This document shows positions 1 to 11,861 of a stretch of DNA of 64,000 nucleotides, piece by piece. Numbering within the stretch: the stretch's first letter is position 1; each line of letters opens with the position of its first letter. A model generated the notes under the pieces. That model worked only from the letters and a program-made list of their open reading frames with translations. It had not been told where the DNA came from and made no database searches. The DNA comes from Novakomyces olei (lineage: Eukaryota), in contig JADEYG010000002.1 in NCBI GenBank assembly GCA_016906335.1, positions 1,116,001-1,180,000 on the forward strand. The letters run 5' to 3'. A program made the position numbers and the translations under genes.

Positions 1-1
1 T

Positions 2-1984
2 ATGGTAGCAGTCTACGGCGGTCTGGTGGCACAAGAAGTTCTTAAATCTGTATCGGCCAAGTTTACACCTGTGATGCAGTACTTGTACTTTGATTCTCTA
101 GAGTCACTACCAAGCAATGTGCTGACCTTGACCGAAGAATCATGCCAGCCGATTGGATCTCGTTACGATGGTCAAATAGCAGTCTTTGGAAAGGAATTCC
201 AAGAGCGTATCTCAAACATTCGACAGTTTCTCGTTGGAGCCGGTGCCATTGGTTGTGAGATGCTAAAGAATTGGGCTATGATGGGGCTTTCCAGTGGACC
301 TAAAGGTGCCATATTTGTCACAGACATGGATTCAATTGAGAAAAGTAATCTTAATCGCCAGTTTCTTTTCCGCCCAGCTGATGTTGGTCAATTGAAAAGT
401 GAAACAGCAGCTAGAAAAGTTATTGAAATGAACCCGGCGCTCACAGGCCACATCAAATCGTTCCAGGAGAAGGTTGGCCCAGAGACAGAGGAGTTGTTTG
501 ACGACGATTTCTTTGAAAGTCTGGACGGGGTTACAAATGCACTGGACAATGTTGATGCTAGACAATACGTTGATCGTCGCTGTGTCTTTTTCCGTAAGCC
601 ATTATTGGACTCTGGAACCCTTGGTACAAAGGGAAACACGCAAGTGGTTTACCCTGGGCTGACCGAATCTTACAGCTCGAGTCAAGATCCCCCAGAAAAA
701 TCCTTCCCCATTTGCACGTTGAAGAATTTTCCCAATCAAATTGAGCATACTATTGCTTGGGCCCGTGACCTGTTTGAAGGATCTTTCAAGCAGCCCGTTG
801 ACAATGTCAACTTGTACCTCTCCCAACCAAATTTTCTTGAGAGCACATTGAAAACAGCAGGCAACCAGAAAGAAATTTTGGAGAATATTAATTCGTTCCT
901 GGTCAAAGACAAGCCTTTGACGTACGAGGAATGCATAATTTGGGCTCGTAAAGAGTTTGAAAAGTTCTTCAACAACAACATTAAACAGCTTCTTTTCAAT
1001 TTCCCCAAGGATGCGGTAACGTCATCAGGAACACCATTTTGGTCGGGACCCAAACGCGCTCCGGAAGCTCTTGTATTCGATCCAAAAAACCCTCTTCATT
1101 TAGATTTCATCATTGCTGCTGCTAAGCTTCACGCTTTCAACTATGGCTTAAAGAGCGACGCTGACAGGGATACGTATATCAAGGTGCTCAATAGTATTAG
1201 TCTGCCTCAATTCTCCCCGCAATCCGGTGTCAAAATTCAAGCAAATGAAAATGAAGAAGACCCAAATGCAAACGCACCCACTGACACGGATGAAGTTCAG
1301 CACTTAGCGGAAAGTTTGCCGTCACCGAGCACGTTTGCTGGTCTTCGGTTACAGCCGGTGGAATTTGAAAAAGATGATGATAGCAATTATCATATTGCGT
1401 TCATTACAGCCGCTTCAAATCTTCGTGCAAGCAATTACGGTATCAAGCCGGCCACGCGCCATCAAACCAAATTCATTGCTGGAAAAATCATCCCGGCCAT
1501 TGCTACAACGACTGCATTAGTCACCGGTTTAGTGTGCTTGGAATTATATAAAATCATAGATGAAAAGAAGAGCTTGGAGGCGTACAAGAATGGCTTTATC
1601 AATCTGGCTCTGCCCTTTTTCGGGTTTTCTGAGCCGATTGCTTCGCCAAAGATCACATTCAACAATCGTGAAATGGACAAAATTTGGGATCGCTTTGATA
1701 TTTATGGCGATATTACGCTGAAGCAGCTTATTGAACATTTCCAGCAGGAACAAGGCTTGGAGATTACAATGCTCAGCTCGGGAGTATCACTATTGTATGC
1801 CAGCTTCTTCCCACCAAGCAAGCTTAAGGATCGATACGGTCTCAAGATATCCGAGTTAGTGTCCACCGTTTCCAAGAAATCAGTTTCGCCGAAAGCCAAG
1901 ACGATTGTGCTAGAAATATGTGCTGACGATGAGACTGGCGAAGACGTAGAAGTTCCATACGTCTGTGTTCATCTGAAGAAATAG
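2..1984 (+). CDS. UBA1: Ubiquitin-activating enzyme E1, 5'-truncated by window edge
   Basis: ORF has GAGAIGCE nucleotide-binding motif, SNLNRQFLF, catalytic [19 protein letters not shown] and C-terminal UFD ending EVPYV. Confidence 0.97.
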   Translation: MVAVYGGLVAQEVLKSVSAKFTPVMQYLYFDSLESLPSNVLTLTEESCQPIGSRYDGQIAVFGKEFQERISNIRQFLVGAGAIGCEMLKNWAMMGLSSGPKGAIFVTDMDSIEKSNLNRQFLFRPADVGQLKSETAARKVIEMNPALTGHIKSFQEKVGPETEELFDDDFFESLDGVTNALDNVDARQYVDRRCVFFRKPLLDSGTLGTKGNTQVVYPGLTESYSSSQDPPEKSFPICTLKNFPNQIEHTIAWARDLFEGSFKQPVDNVNLYLSQPNFLESTLKTAGNQKEILENINSFLVKDKPLTYEECIIWARKEFEKFFNNNIKQLLFNFPKDAVTSSGTPFWSGPKRAPEALVFDPKNPLHLDFIIAAAKLHAFNYGLKSDADRDTYIKVLNSISLPQFSPQSGVKIQANENEEDPNANAPTDTDEVQHLAESLPSPSTFAGLRLQPVEFEKDDDSNYHIAFITAASNLRASNYGIKPATRHQTKFIAGKIIPAIATTTALVTGLVCLELYKIIDEKKSLEAYKNGFINLALPFFGFSEPIASPKITFNNREMDKIWDRFDIYGDITLKQLIEHFQQEQGLEITMLSSGVSLLYASFFPPSKLKDRYGLKISELVSTVSKKSVSPKAKTIVLEICADDETGEDVEVPYVCVHLKK

Positions 1985-2097
1985 ATGCAGACAGATTTTT
2001 TGGGTCACGATAATTGATCAACAATCTTAATCTAGCTTTTTTAATACAAATAAATGGAGTTTAGTGAATCGTCTAGTTGGTGTAGTATTTGTTACAA

Positions 2098-2158
2098 ATC
2101 TTGTTTGCTATAATATTGTTTGCGATAACATTGTTTGCTATAATCTTGTTTGTTATAA
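2098..2158. repeat. Imperfect ~16-nt tandem repeat (TTGTTTGCTATAA core, ~4 copies)
   Basis: Read directly in the UBA1 3' flank. Confidence 0.7.
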
Positions 2159-2337
2159 ATGATATTGTTATGAATCTAGCAATGTCACACTGTTGATCAA
2201 GTCCAGCATTGGCGTTAGGATTGCGACAAGGTTAGCTGTGATACACAGCCAAGGGTTTCAGCGGCGGCTATATGAATGAAATAAATGGGTAGCAAATACG
2301 CGGTACTAACCAATTTCCTTAACCCTAACTAGCCCGC

Positions 2338-2391
2338 CCTGTAGTAAGCGAACCTACAGTAAGCTAGCCTATAGTAAGCTAGCCTATAGTA
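2338..2391. repeat. Imperfect 15-nt tandem repeat (CCTATAGTAAGCTAG, ~3.5 copies)
   Basis: Read directly. Confidence 0.7.
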
Positions 2392-2728
2392 GACAGAAGA
2401 CATAACCCTCTAAAAGCTCTATACTATTCCTTCTGGCAACCTCTCTCGCCACTCTCCCCGCTTTTCGTATTACTCTCCTCTCCGCCTTTTAACCACATTC
2501 AGACTAAAGTTACAATTGCAATTCCTTTAAATAATAGTACTCTTCCTTGCCAAACGTCGTTAGACGCTTTTAATTAAAAAAAAAAAAAAAGTTATGCCAA
2601 ACTGCAGAGTATCCGTACTCCAACGCTTATTAATCGATTACTTTGCAGGCAAATGACAGCTGCTGACTCAAAATCGCTCTAATCTGACGCAGCGGTAGTA
2701 TGACGTGTATAAATAAATAGATAAATCA

Positions 2729-3945
2729 ATGTTGGCCCCACTGATTCGTCGGCCGAGTGCGTATCAGCTGCTGTGTGCCCTTTCCCGCGGGACAGCACGT
2801 GCCGCCAGTGTAAAAGCGATGGGTATCTTTGATTGGTCGTCAAAGGAAGAAGGTGGCCGGTTTGTACGGCAGCAATCGCAGTTTCGCGATTGGGTTGAGC
2901 CACAGAGTAGCGACAAGGCGGTTAAATTCGCAGCTGAACGGGACAGGTACCGTCTCTATGTCAGTCTAGCGTGTCCTTGGGCGCACCGGACGCTTATTGT
3001 GCGTGAGCTTAAAGGTCTACAGGACATAATCCCCGTAACTGTCGTACACTGGGAAATGCTGGAGAATGGTAATTGGCGCAATCGTCTTGTGCGTTTCTAA
3101 CCCATTTAGGCTGGCGATTTTCTACGCCGGAAGAGTGCCCGGGAACGACACCGGACCCACTGGGTCAGACTTTTATTCGCGAACTCTACTTGCGCGCGGA
3201 TCCAAAGTACAGTGCTCGTTTCACCGTCCCCGTACTTTGGGACGCAAGGGAGAATACTATCGTAAACAACGAAAGCAGGTACGTGAAGAAGAGGAGAAAA
3301 AAGTGAAATAAAATGAAAAGCGAAAAGTGATATAAAATTGAATGAAGAGCGAAAAGCGATATAAAATGAATAAATTGCACATTATTGCAAAACTCACAGA
3401 CTAGTGAAATTATTCGAATGTTCAATACCGCGTTTAATGAAATAATTGACCCTCAATACCGAGATGTAACATTCTATCCCCAAAGTTTGCAGTCTGAAAT
3501 CGATGATCTCAATTCATGGGTCTACGATAAGATTAATAACGGCGTGTACAAGAGCGGGTTTGCGTCTACGCAAGAAGCGTATGAGGAAAACGTGTTTCCT
3601 CTATTTGAGGCGCTCGATAAGGTTGAGACAGTTTTAGCCGGCTCTGAGAGCGGGTTTCTCGTGGGTGGGAGACTGACGGAGGCGGATATCCGATTGTATA
3701 CGACCATCGTTCGGTTTGACCCTGTCTACGTTCAGCATTTCAAGTGCAATATACGCATGATTCGTGATGGGTATCCCCACATTCACAATTGGGTCAGGCG
3801 ACTCTACTGGCAAAACGCGGCTTTCAAGGACACCACTAATTTCGAGCACATCAAGAAGCATTACACGAAGAGCCATCGCCAAATCAACCCTTTTGCCATT
3901 ACACCAGTCGGGCCGCTGCCAGACATTCTTCCTCTTGATGCGTAG
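2729..3945 (+). CDS. ECM4: Glutathionyl-hydroquinone reductase / omega-like GST; 3 exons (introns 3069-3109, 3279-3404); alternative start at 2819
   Basis: YVSLACPWAHR active site; splicing restores FTVPVLWD, NNESSEIIRM, INNGVYKSGFA and RFDPVYVQHFKCN. Confidence 0.93.
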
Positions 3946-4397
3946 CGAATGAATTGTAGTCGATCGTTTGGCTGGTTGCGTATTTCGGGTTGAGCATTGC
4001 CAGTATTTTTGGTCATCGGACGGGTGATTGCCTATAATGCAGTTTGCCAAGTGTGGGAAAAGGGGTTTCATTCATTTTTTTCCAAGAACCATGCCCCTAC
4101 TTGGTTTTCATGCCCATTCGTGATAGGGAAAATTTCAATTCGAGCTGTAGTTTAATTTTTAATATCAATGCCTTGTTTCGCCAATTCGTACAAATGTCGT
4201 GGCTGACAAATATGAAGCTGAGCAATGTTCCGTAGTATTTCCTAGCGCACAGAGGTCGATATGGGTAAGGTAAACGAAGAGATATGAGCTAAACAGACAC
4301 AAAAGCACTGATGGATAAACGATATTGAACTAGCCCGAGAGCTAAACATATATTTATGCACAATATGGCATATATACTCGTACAAGTCTACTACACA

Positions 4398-6135
4398 CTA
4401 TTGTTTGCGTAAAAATTTCAGGTAAACAGGGTTATTTGTCTCCTCCTGAACCGGGTAGTTTAATCGTTCAAGGAAAGAAGAGATATCGCCTGCTTCAGCT
4501 TTAGGGACCTGCAGACCCACCAGGACCCGCGCCACATCACCTCCTTGATTGCGGTAATGGAACAGTGTAATATTCCAGTCGCTGGCAATACTGTGCAAGA
4601 ACTTATCCAGCGCATTTGGCCGTTCCGGAAACTCAAAGGAAAAGAGTCGCTCTTCTGGTACGTAAGCCTTCCCCCCAATCATATAGCGCGCATGCGATTT
4701 TGCAAGTTCGTTGTCACTAATATCTTCAGCATGAAAGCCCTCAATTGCATTAATGTTCCCTAGAATTTCACGGACTTCAGCATGAATATCGGTCACGTTA
4801 AAAGACATAAAAATAGTAGCCTCTGATCCCGGTGAAGTTCGGTAAGAAAATTCTGTAACCTGGCGAGGACTAATAAGGCTTTGTAGTTGCAAAAACGTGC
4901 CCGGCCGATCGGGTATTGTGACGTAGAAAAATACTTCCCTGGCCAACCCTAAATTGGCCCTTTCTGCGACAAATCTGAGCCTATCAAAGTTCATATTAGC
5001 TCCAGAAACCACTGCACAAAAATGACGATTGCTATTGCCTCCAGGCGGATATTTGTCGGCGTTTTCGGCCAAATACTTTTTCATTCCTGCAACTGCCAGA
5101 GCACCAGCTGGCTCACTGATGCTACGCGTCTCTTCAAAGACGTCCTTGATAGCAGCACAGATTTCATCTGTTGTTACCCGAACAACATCGTCCACCACCT
5201 GCCGTCGAAGACGGAACGGCTCTTCACCAATCTGACGGACAGCAGCTCCATCAGCAAAGAGACCAACTTCTTTTAATAGCGAACGGTCCCCAGAATGCCA
5301 TGCACGATAATAAGCATCTGCTTCATAAGACTCGCAAACAATGACTTTAACATGGGGAGCGATGCGCTTGATATAAGCACCAATGCCCGTCACAAGGCCT
5401 CCTCCACCAGCACAGCAAAAAATGGCAGAGAGCCGTTTGATATCCGTTTGACGAACTATCTCCATGGCTACAGTACCCTGGCCGGCAATAACATATGGAT
5501 CATCGTACGGTGGAATATTCGTAAGTCCATACTTTTCGCAGAGCCGAGCTGCCTCGCGCTTTGCATCGTCAAAGTCTTCGCCGAAAAGAACGACTTTGGC
5601 TCCCATGCGGGATACATTGATATGCTTGATAGACGGAGTGCCTTTAGGCATTACAATAGTAGCCGGGATGTTTAGCGTTTTAGCAGAATATGCTACTCCT
5701 TGAGCATGATTCCCTTAAAATTAATAATGCTTAATTTAATAGACGTAGACTTTAATAAAATTTATTGTTCATACCTGCGCTACACGCAATAACTCCCCGC
5801 CACTTTTCTTCGTCTGTAAGATTTGCCATTCGATTGTAAGCTCCACGTAATTTGAAGGAAAAAACTGGAGTCAAATCTTCCCGTTTTAAAAGAATCTGGT
5901 GGCCTAACCGATCGCTCAAGCTTATTGCTGATTCTAACGGCGTTTCATGCAAAACGTCATAGACACGTGCAGTAAGGATCATGCGCATATAATCGGCAGT
6001 ACCGTCGGGCAATAACAAGTCTGATGGAAGCGATGAGCGCGACTGCGTTTTGTCTTCAGCGCCAATAGTCGCAGCACTCACATTGTTCTCCGTAATTCCT
6101 GTTATATGCGGGCCAGTGACATTATTGTCGGTCAT
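4398..6135 (-). CDS. ILV1: Threonine dehydratase (biosynthetic); intron 5714-5774; probable 5'UTR intron ~6213-6283
   Basis: [21 protein letters not shown]-lysine motif, ACSAGNHAQG across the splice junction, GGGGL, C-terminal ACT-like FEFPERP. Confidence 0.96.
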
Positions 6136-6430
6136 TCTTGCCACCACTGGTAAAGGCCGGCCGGCTGTTTCAATAACTCCTTGTAATGTCTGGATGCTTG
6201 ATCAGTTGTTGTCTAAGAGAAAGTCAAAAAGGTCAAAGGGTTTTTATCTATCTTTTTTTGCAATTCGTATTTTGAAACAATACCTTTGCCAAACCTGCGT
6301 GTTTGATGAGTCTTGGATAACAGCGAATCAATTTCGATATATTATTTTTTTTTGCGCAAGCGTCCAAAGAAATATTTGGGAAACAATATTCGCACTTGCC
6401 TATGAGAGCCGCGCTAGTAAAGTATTTAAC

Positions 6431-6450
6431 TAAGCCCTAACTAACCCTAT
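6431..6450. promoter_or_regulatory. Tandem telobox/Tbf1-like site in the divergent ILV1 / snoRNA-host promoter
   Basis: TAAGCCCTAACTAACCCTA; Tbf1 sites are an established feature of budding-yeast snoRNA promoters. Confidence 0.6.
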
Positions 6451-6683
6451 TTCTATGTAAATTAGGAAAGTAGCCTGCGAATTGTATTCCAAGGTGCCAT
6501 ACCACTTATTACTCCTCTAGATTTTATAGAATAAAGGAACAGTCTAAAAATTTTTATCCAAACACGAGCCATAATCAAACACCTGCTTTAGAATTCAGCT
6601 GCTTTCTAGGAAAGCAGCCTCAGCTCTAAGGTAAACCTCTTTCAAGATATTGAAGCAGTACTACAAATTGAGCTTGGGCAAAG

Positions 6684-6761
6684 CCGGTTGATGATTGTTC
6701 CCTCTGAGGACGCAATGCGGACATTTTTTAATGCTTAATGGAATTCTTCGTTTCTGACCGC
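6684..6761 (+). ncRNA. snR57: C/D box snoRNA, snR57 homolog (18S Gm1572, yeast numbering)
   Basis: C box TTGATGA 6688-6694, D box CTGA 6754-6757; guide GGAATTCTTCGTT pairs with conserved 18S AACGAGGAAUUCC; D+5 rule selects the G. Confidence 0.85.
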
Positions 6762-6889
6762 TTCGCTCACGCTCAATTAGTTGTCTGTCAATTTGAAAAT
6801 GATTGGAATTTTTTTGCTTACATCATCAGGCAGGATGTGGATTGTTGGCTCAAATAATTTGATGGTAAGCTTTTTTGCGCCTCAATTCA

Positions 6890-6967
6890 GCCCGAGGATT
6901 ATACTTTTCCATCTTGTCACGGTGATCACCTGAGCCTTACGACAAACATGCATCACCAAATGAGGGC
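6890..6967 (+). ncRNA. snR55: C/D box snoRNA, snR55 homolog (18S Um1269)
   Basis: Terminal stem GCCC/GGGC; variant C box AGGATTA and D box ATGA; guide CATGCATCACCA pairs with 18S UGGUGGUGCAUG; D+5 selects the U. Confidence 0.8.
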
Positions 6968-7122
6968 CTTCTGTCTTGAATTCTATACTAAAATATACGG
7001 CTAACTCATCAGCATCTGCAGCGACTGAGCAATCGTTTCACTATTTAATATCCGGGTTTAATTGGGTAAGTTTGGAAAAGAAAAAATTAAAATTAAACCA
7101 CAAAACAATATAACCCACCAAA

Positions 7123-7215
7123 GGCCGTTGATGATAATTTACTATTCAGTTCTGCTTCTGAGCCCAATCTGAAGACACCAAATTACCAATAGAAACTCAA
7201 AATTTGTCTGAGGCC
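7123..7215 (+). ncRNA. snR61: C/D box snoRNA, snR61 homolog (25S Am1133)
   Basis: GGCC/GGCC stem, C TTGATGA, D' CTGA 7158-7161 preceded by CAGTTCTGCTT (pairs with 25S AAGCAGAACUG), C' TGAAGA, D CTGA 7208-7211. Confidence 0.88.
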
Positions 7216-7822
7216 CAACAAGTGTTATTTGTTTTTTTTGGCATTTCTTTTGCTAACATTGTATAGTATGTCTCACTGAGAAACTGCGCAGCAACTGCCC
7301 AGAGCACCGGGTGAAGATGATGATAACTAGCTAATCCATTCTACGACTCATACCGCAATTTCGTAGGCATGTCTGCTAGGCGTTGGCTTGGCCATCATTG
7401 GTTGGGTTTCTAGGGAAACGGTTGTTGTCTGCTGTCGAATAAAGCATCATTTTTATTCTTTTAAAAATGTTGCTCGAAATACGGCATATGGCAATTCGGA
7501 ATACCTGGCTAACCCTTGCTATTTTGGTGTAATGGCCGCTTTGCATGGCTGCTTTGCGTGCGGATAGTGCTCCTTGTGCGAGAACTCTTACTGGTATTCA
7601 GGCAAGGGCTGACCGTACATGTTGGGACTTGAGAAAGATTTAAGCTAAGGCTACTGATTCTCATCTTTAACAGCAGTTTGCTACCGGCTTTTCCTGTCAG
7701 TGTTGGAAGAAGGCATGCTAACAAGACAGGATAATATAGGAATTTGAGATTTAGTCTAGAACAAAAATTTGATGGCAATCTATATATACATTTCCATTTA
7801 ACCCTTCAGCCTTTTAACGTTT

Positions 7823-8530
7823 TTACGAGGCAGTAAAGAACTTCATTCCTGATATCTCGCCGTCGCTGCTTTTAATAAATTGAGCTATCCCCCGGCGCAC
7901 TAAAATTTGCACAGCTCGTTTAAGTATAAGTGGGTCAAGTTGATACAGTTCCGTTCCCAACACTGTATCACCTTCCGTTAACTCATATAGAGTAAATACC
8001 GTATTGTTCTGGCCAGTTTCGGTTGCCTGGAATACAATTAGACAGAGAAGACAAGAAAGGCCCATACGAAGTGTGCGATTTTATCGGCCCATTCAGCTGC
8101 CTTGTGCCAAAATACAAGCAATGAGCTTTTCTGTGCGGGATCGATCCATTCAAGTGTGCCTTCGGCGACCATTGACGCTACAATCTCCATGAAAACGTCA
8201 TACTTGAGTTTTCCTGTTTCTCAGCACTTGTTAAACCCCCAAATGATAAAAACAAATAAAATAGAACGAGAGACGAAAATCAAACATTTGCTAAAGCTCA
8301 AAAATGGTGGTTGAAAAGACTGGTATACGCTGTATTTCTGTGTTTGCAAACGGAGGATTATCCACTACATCGTAGGCAGTGGTAATCTGAAATTGGCGAT
8401 GATGTTGGCAATATGCCAAAATCAAGTTCTTCCAAGCGTCTAATTGCGTCTCCCATGTTTGTGGTGCTATTTGCCGAGTGAAAAAGGGCGGAAAGGAGTA
8501 TATTGCCGGATAAATAAACGGCTCTGCCAT
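7823..8530 (-). CDS. VPS25: ESCRT-II subunit Vps25; 3 exons (middle exon 8068-8213)
   Basis: YPAIYSFPPFFTRQ N-terminus; splicing gives LVFWHKAAEWADKI and NTVFTLYEL. Confidence 0.93.
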
Positions 8531-8781
8531 TAGCTTATTTCCAAATCGTCAGCATTGGCATTGACGCATTGGCATGGCAATTATTATTTTATTATATTTA
8601 AATTATTATTTGACTATTGTTTAATTATTAATTATTAAATATTACGAGAATAATGCCAATTTGGTATATGGTATATTCAGTATTTATTATTTGCTGCGAG
8701 TACTCTATGTTTTCTACGCATTAGTGTCCCACAAAAAAACAAAAGCTTATAAAATACACCATTTCTCGCGAATGCCAACTT

Positions 8782-11650
8782 ATGGCGCAAAACGATACGG
8801 AACTGGACTCTTTGTCAACCCGCTTTGCTGATCTTATTACTACAGATGACGAGGTTTACGAAACTGAATTGCTGCGCAACCCGTATTCCGTTAGAACATG
8901 GGCCCAGTACCTAAAACAAAAGGCAACGGCGCCAGTAGCTGAACAGTCATTATTGTACGAGCGCGCCTGCAAACTTTTGCCTAGAAGTATGGTGGTGCTT
9001 TTTTTTCTTCTCTTTTCTTTTCTTTCTTTTATTTTTTGCTTGGATTGATCGTTTTTTCATTCATAATCGTCCTCTTGAATTGTTGCGATTGCCTTGGAAA
9101 TACTAAAAGATCACAGGTTATAAGTTATGGAAAGCATACCTTGATCTGAGGGTCGCGCATCTCGATCACGTCAATCCAGCTAAATTTGAAATGGATTTTG
9201 ATCTTGTCAATGCATGCTTTGAGCGTGCGCTTGTGACTCTGAATAAAATGCCTAAAATTTGGATAGCGTACCTCCGCTTTCTATCAAAGCAATGCAAAGT
9301 GACCGATACTCGGCGAGCGTTTGACCGTGCTTTACAGGCTCTGCCAATAACGCAGCATGACCGTATATGGACGCTTTATCAGTCTTGGGCGCGGATTATC
9401 GGTGGTGAAACTGTCCACAACGTATGGAGGAGGTACATTATGTTTGAGCCGGCTCAAATTGAGACTTGCATTAGTATCTTTGTGGAGCAGGAAATATATA
9501 ATGACGCCGCACAATTATATTTAAAAATTTTGAATGATCCAAATTATTCTAGCATAGAAGGCCATTCACATTATCAACTGTGGTCTAGTCTATGTGATTT
9601 GCTTGTAAAGCAGCCTCGTCGAATAAAAGGTATCGACACTGACCGAGTTATTCGGAGTGGAATCAAACAATTTTCCGATCAAGCGGGGAAGCTTTGGGTC
9701 AACCTTGCCATGTATTATGTGAATATTCATGATTTTGATGGAGCTAGGGACGTTTTTGAAGAAGGAATTGCCTCTGTAATGACAGTGCGCGATTTTACAC
9801 AAATTTTTGATGCCTTTGTAGAATTTGAAGAGCAAATGATTTCCTTGAAAATGGAGGAAATTGGAAATTTGTCGGGTCGTGATGATGGAGAGACGGCCAA
9901 TTCTGAGCTCGAGCTGATGATGATGCGCTTTGAGGCGCTTATGGATCGTCGACCCTTCTTGGTAAATGATGTTTTGCTGCGGCAAAACCCGCATAATGTG
10001 ATTGAGTGGCAAAAGCGAGTGGGATTATGGGGAGACAGCAAGGTACAGGTCGTTGCAACATACTCTGAAGCATTGGCTAAAATTGATCCAAAGCAGGCTA
10101 GTGGGCCCTTGGAACAATTGTGGCTTAATTTTGCCCGATTTTACGATTCACAAGGCAATTTGAAACAAGCGAGAGTAATATTAGAAAAAGCGACAAATGT
10201 TCCGTACAAAACTGTTCAGGAACTTGCCGACGTATACTGCGCCTGGGCAGAGCTAGAATTGAATCACGATAACTTTGACATGGCAAAGAAAATAATGGAG
10301 CGAGCTACACAGGCTCCAAGGCAGTCAAAGGTCAATTATTTTGATGATTCTTTCACTCCTCAGGAACGTCTGCATAAATCAAGCAAAGTCTGGATGTTTT
10401 ATGTAGATTTAGAGGAAAGCGTGGGCACAGTGGAATCCACGCGCAAAGTCTATGACAGACTATTTGAGCTACGAATAGCTACACCGCAAACGGTCGTAAA
10501 CTACGCAAATTTCCTCGAAGAACACAAGTATTTTGAAGACAGTTTCAAGGTAAATTTTGTTTTATACTATAAGTGTTTGAGCTAATGAGTCTGCAGATAT
10601 ACGAGCGCGGTGTTTCGTTTTTTACGTATCCCGTGGCGTTTGAAATTTGGAATTTGTACTTGACCAAATTCATTGAGCGTTATGTAAGCCATTTACAAAA
10701 GAACTCTAGAAAAGCAAAACATTGATAATTTGAATGAATATGAAAATGAAAATCAAATCAAATCAAATCAAAAAATTTTTTTTTCTTATTTTTTAGTTTT
10801 TCTCAGCTTCTTTTTTCAATCTAATTCAATTTTGTTCATAATTTAATTTAAAAAGACCAGAAACAAATACTAATTTTCCTAGGGAGGAACCCAAATGGAA
10901 AGGCTACGTGATCTCTTTGAGCAAGCACTGCGAGAATGCCCATCTCAATTTCAGAAATCGATATATCTTCTTTACATTGATATGGAGGAGAAACATGGTT
11001 TGATTAGACACGTTATGCAGTTGTTTGAGCGAGCTGTTCAATCTGTTGCTATAACACAGCGAAAATCTTTATATGAAATATATGCAACAAAAGTCACCAA
11101 AGCTTACGGAGTTCATGCTTCACAAGAAATATATGAGAAAGCAATCAACGTACTACCGGAGGATGACACGCGCGAGCTTTGTCTCACATTTGCTGGATTG
11201 GAGACGCGTCTGAGAGAAATTGAAAGAGCCCGGGCCGTTTATGCCTTTGGAAGTCAGTTTGCGGATCCCAGAATTCATGCCCGGTACTGGGAGATTTGGC
11301 ATGACTTTGAAGTCCGCCATGGTAATGAGGACATGTTTAAAGAAATGCTTCGGATACGGCGATCAGTGGAAGCCAAATACAGTACTGAAGCTGGCTATAT
11401 TGCCTCACACTCAGTTAAAGGCTCTCAGCCGTCTTTATCAAACAACGAAGATGAATTGTTAGGCGAAGGTAATGCAATGGAGGCTATTGAACGTCAGGCT
11501 AACAATGCGCCGCGAGGGTTTGTTGCAAGTTCCACCTCAATAGCCCAGGAGCAAAAACCCGGAGGACCACGGGACCAAAGCGAGGGGGAAGAAAATGGAG
11601 AAACAGCGGCTCTAAACCCGGACGCTATTGATATAGAAGATGATATTTGA
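8782..11650 (+). CDS. SYF1: Pre-mRNA splicing factor Syf1 (HAT/TPR repeats); introns 8987-9116, 10550-10596, 10684-10882
   Basis: LLRNPYSVRTW, PRSYKLW (spliced), LLRQNPHNVIEW, HGNEDMFKEMLRIRRSV, C-terminal NPDAIDI. Confidence 0.96.
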
Positions 11651-11861
11651 ACAATTGTTCACAACACAAATACCCATTCTCTGTACGTAGTATAATAATT
11701 ATAAAATTGAAAATAATCAATTGTTGCAATATACTTTACTTTTTATCTCCAACTCTCAGTCTTAGAATATATACAGGTTTGCTTTGCACACAGTCCCCCG
11801 TTGATGCTAAAACAGAGTCAGCAAAATCGCTCGTGATGAAAATTGACGCGTTATTCCGCAT

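Larger units (their letters stand above)
6560..7445 (+). ncRNA. Spliced non-coding snoRNA host gene (introns 6631-6829, 6865-7012, 7066-7266); transcript ends approximate
   Basis: Three GTAA..branch..YAG introns, each holding one C/D snoRNA; short exons lack an ORF; AATAAA at ~7438. Confidence 0.8.

Noticed and set aside
2..1984. Alternative CUG decoding (Ser/Ala clades)
   Set aside because: CTG encodes conserved Leu positions, for example UBA1 ESLD and NALDN, so the standard code fits
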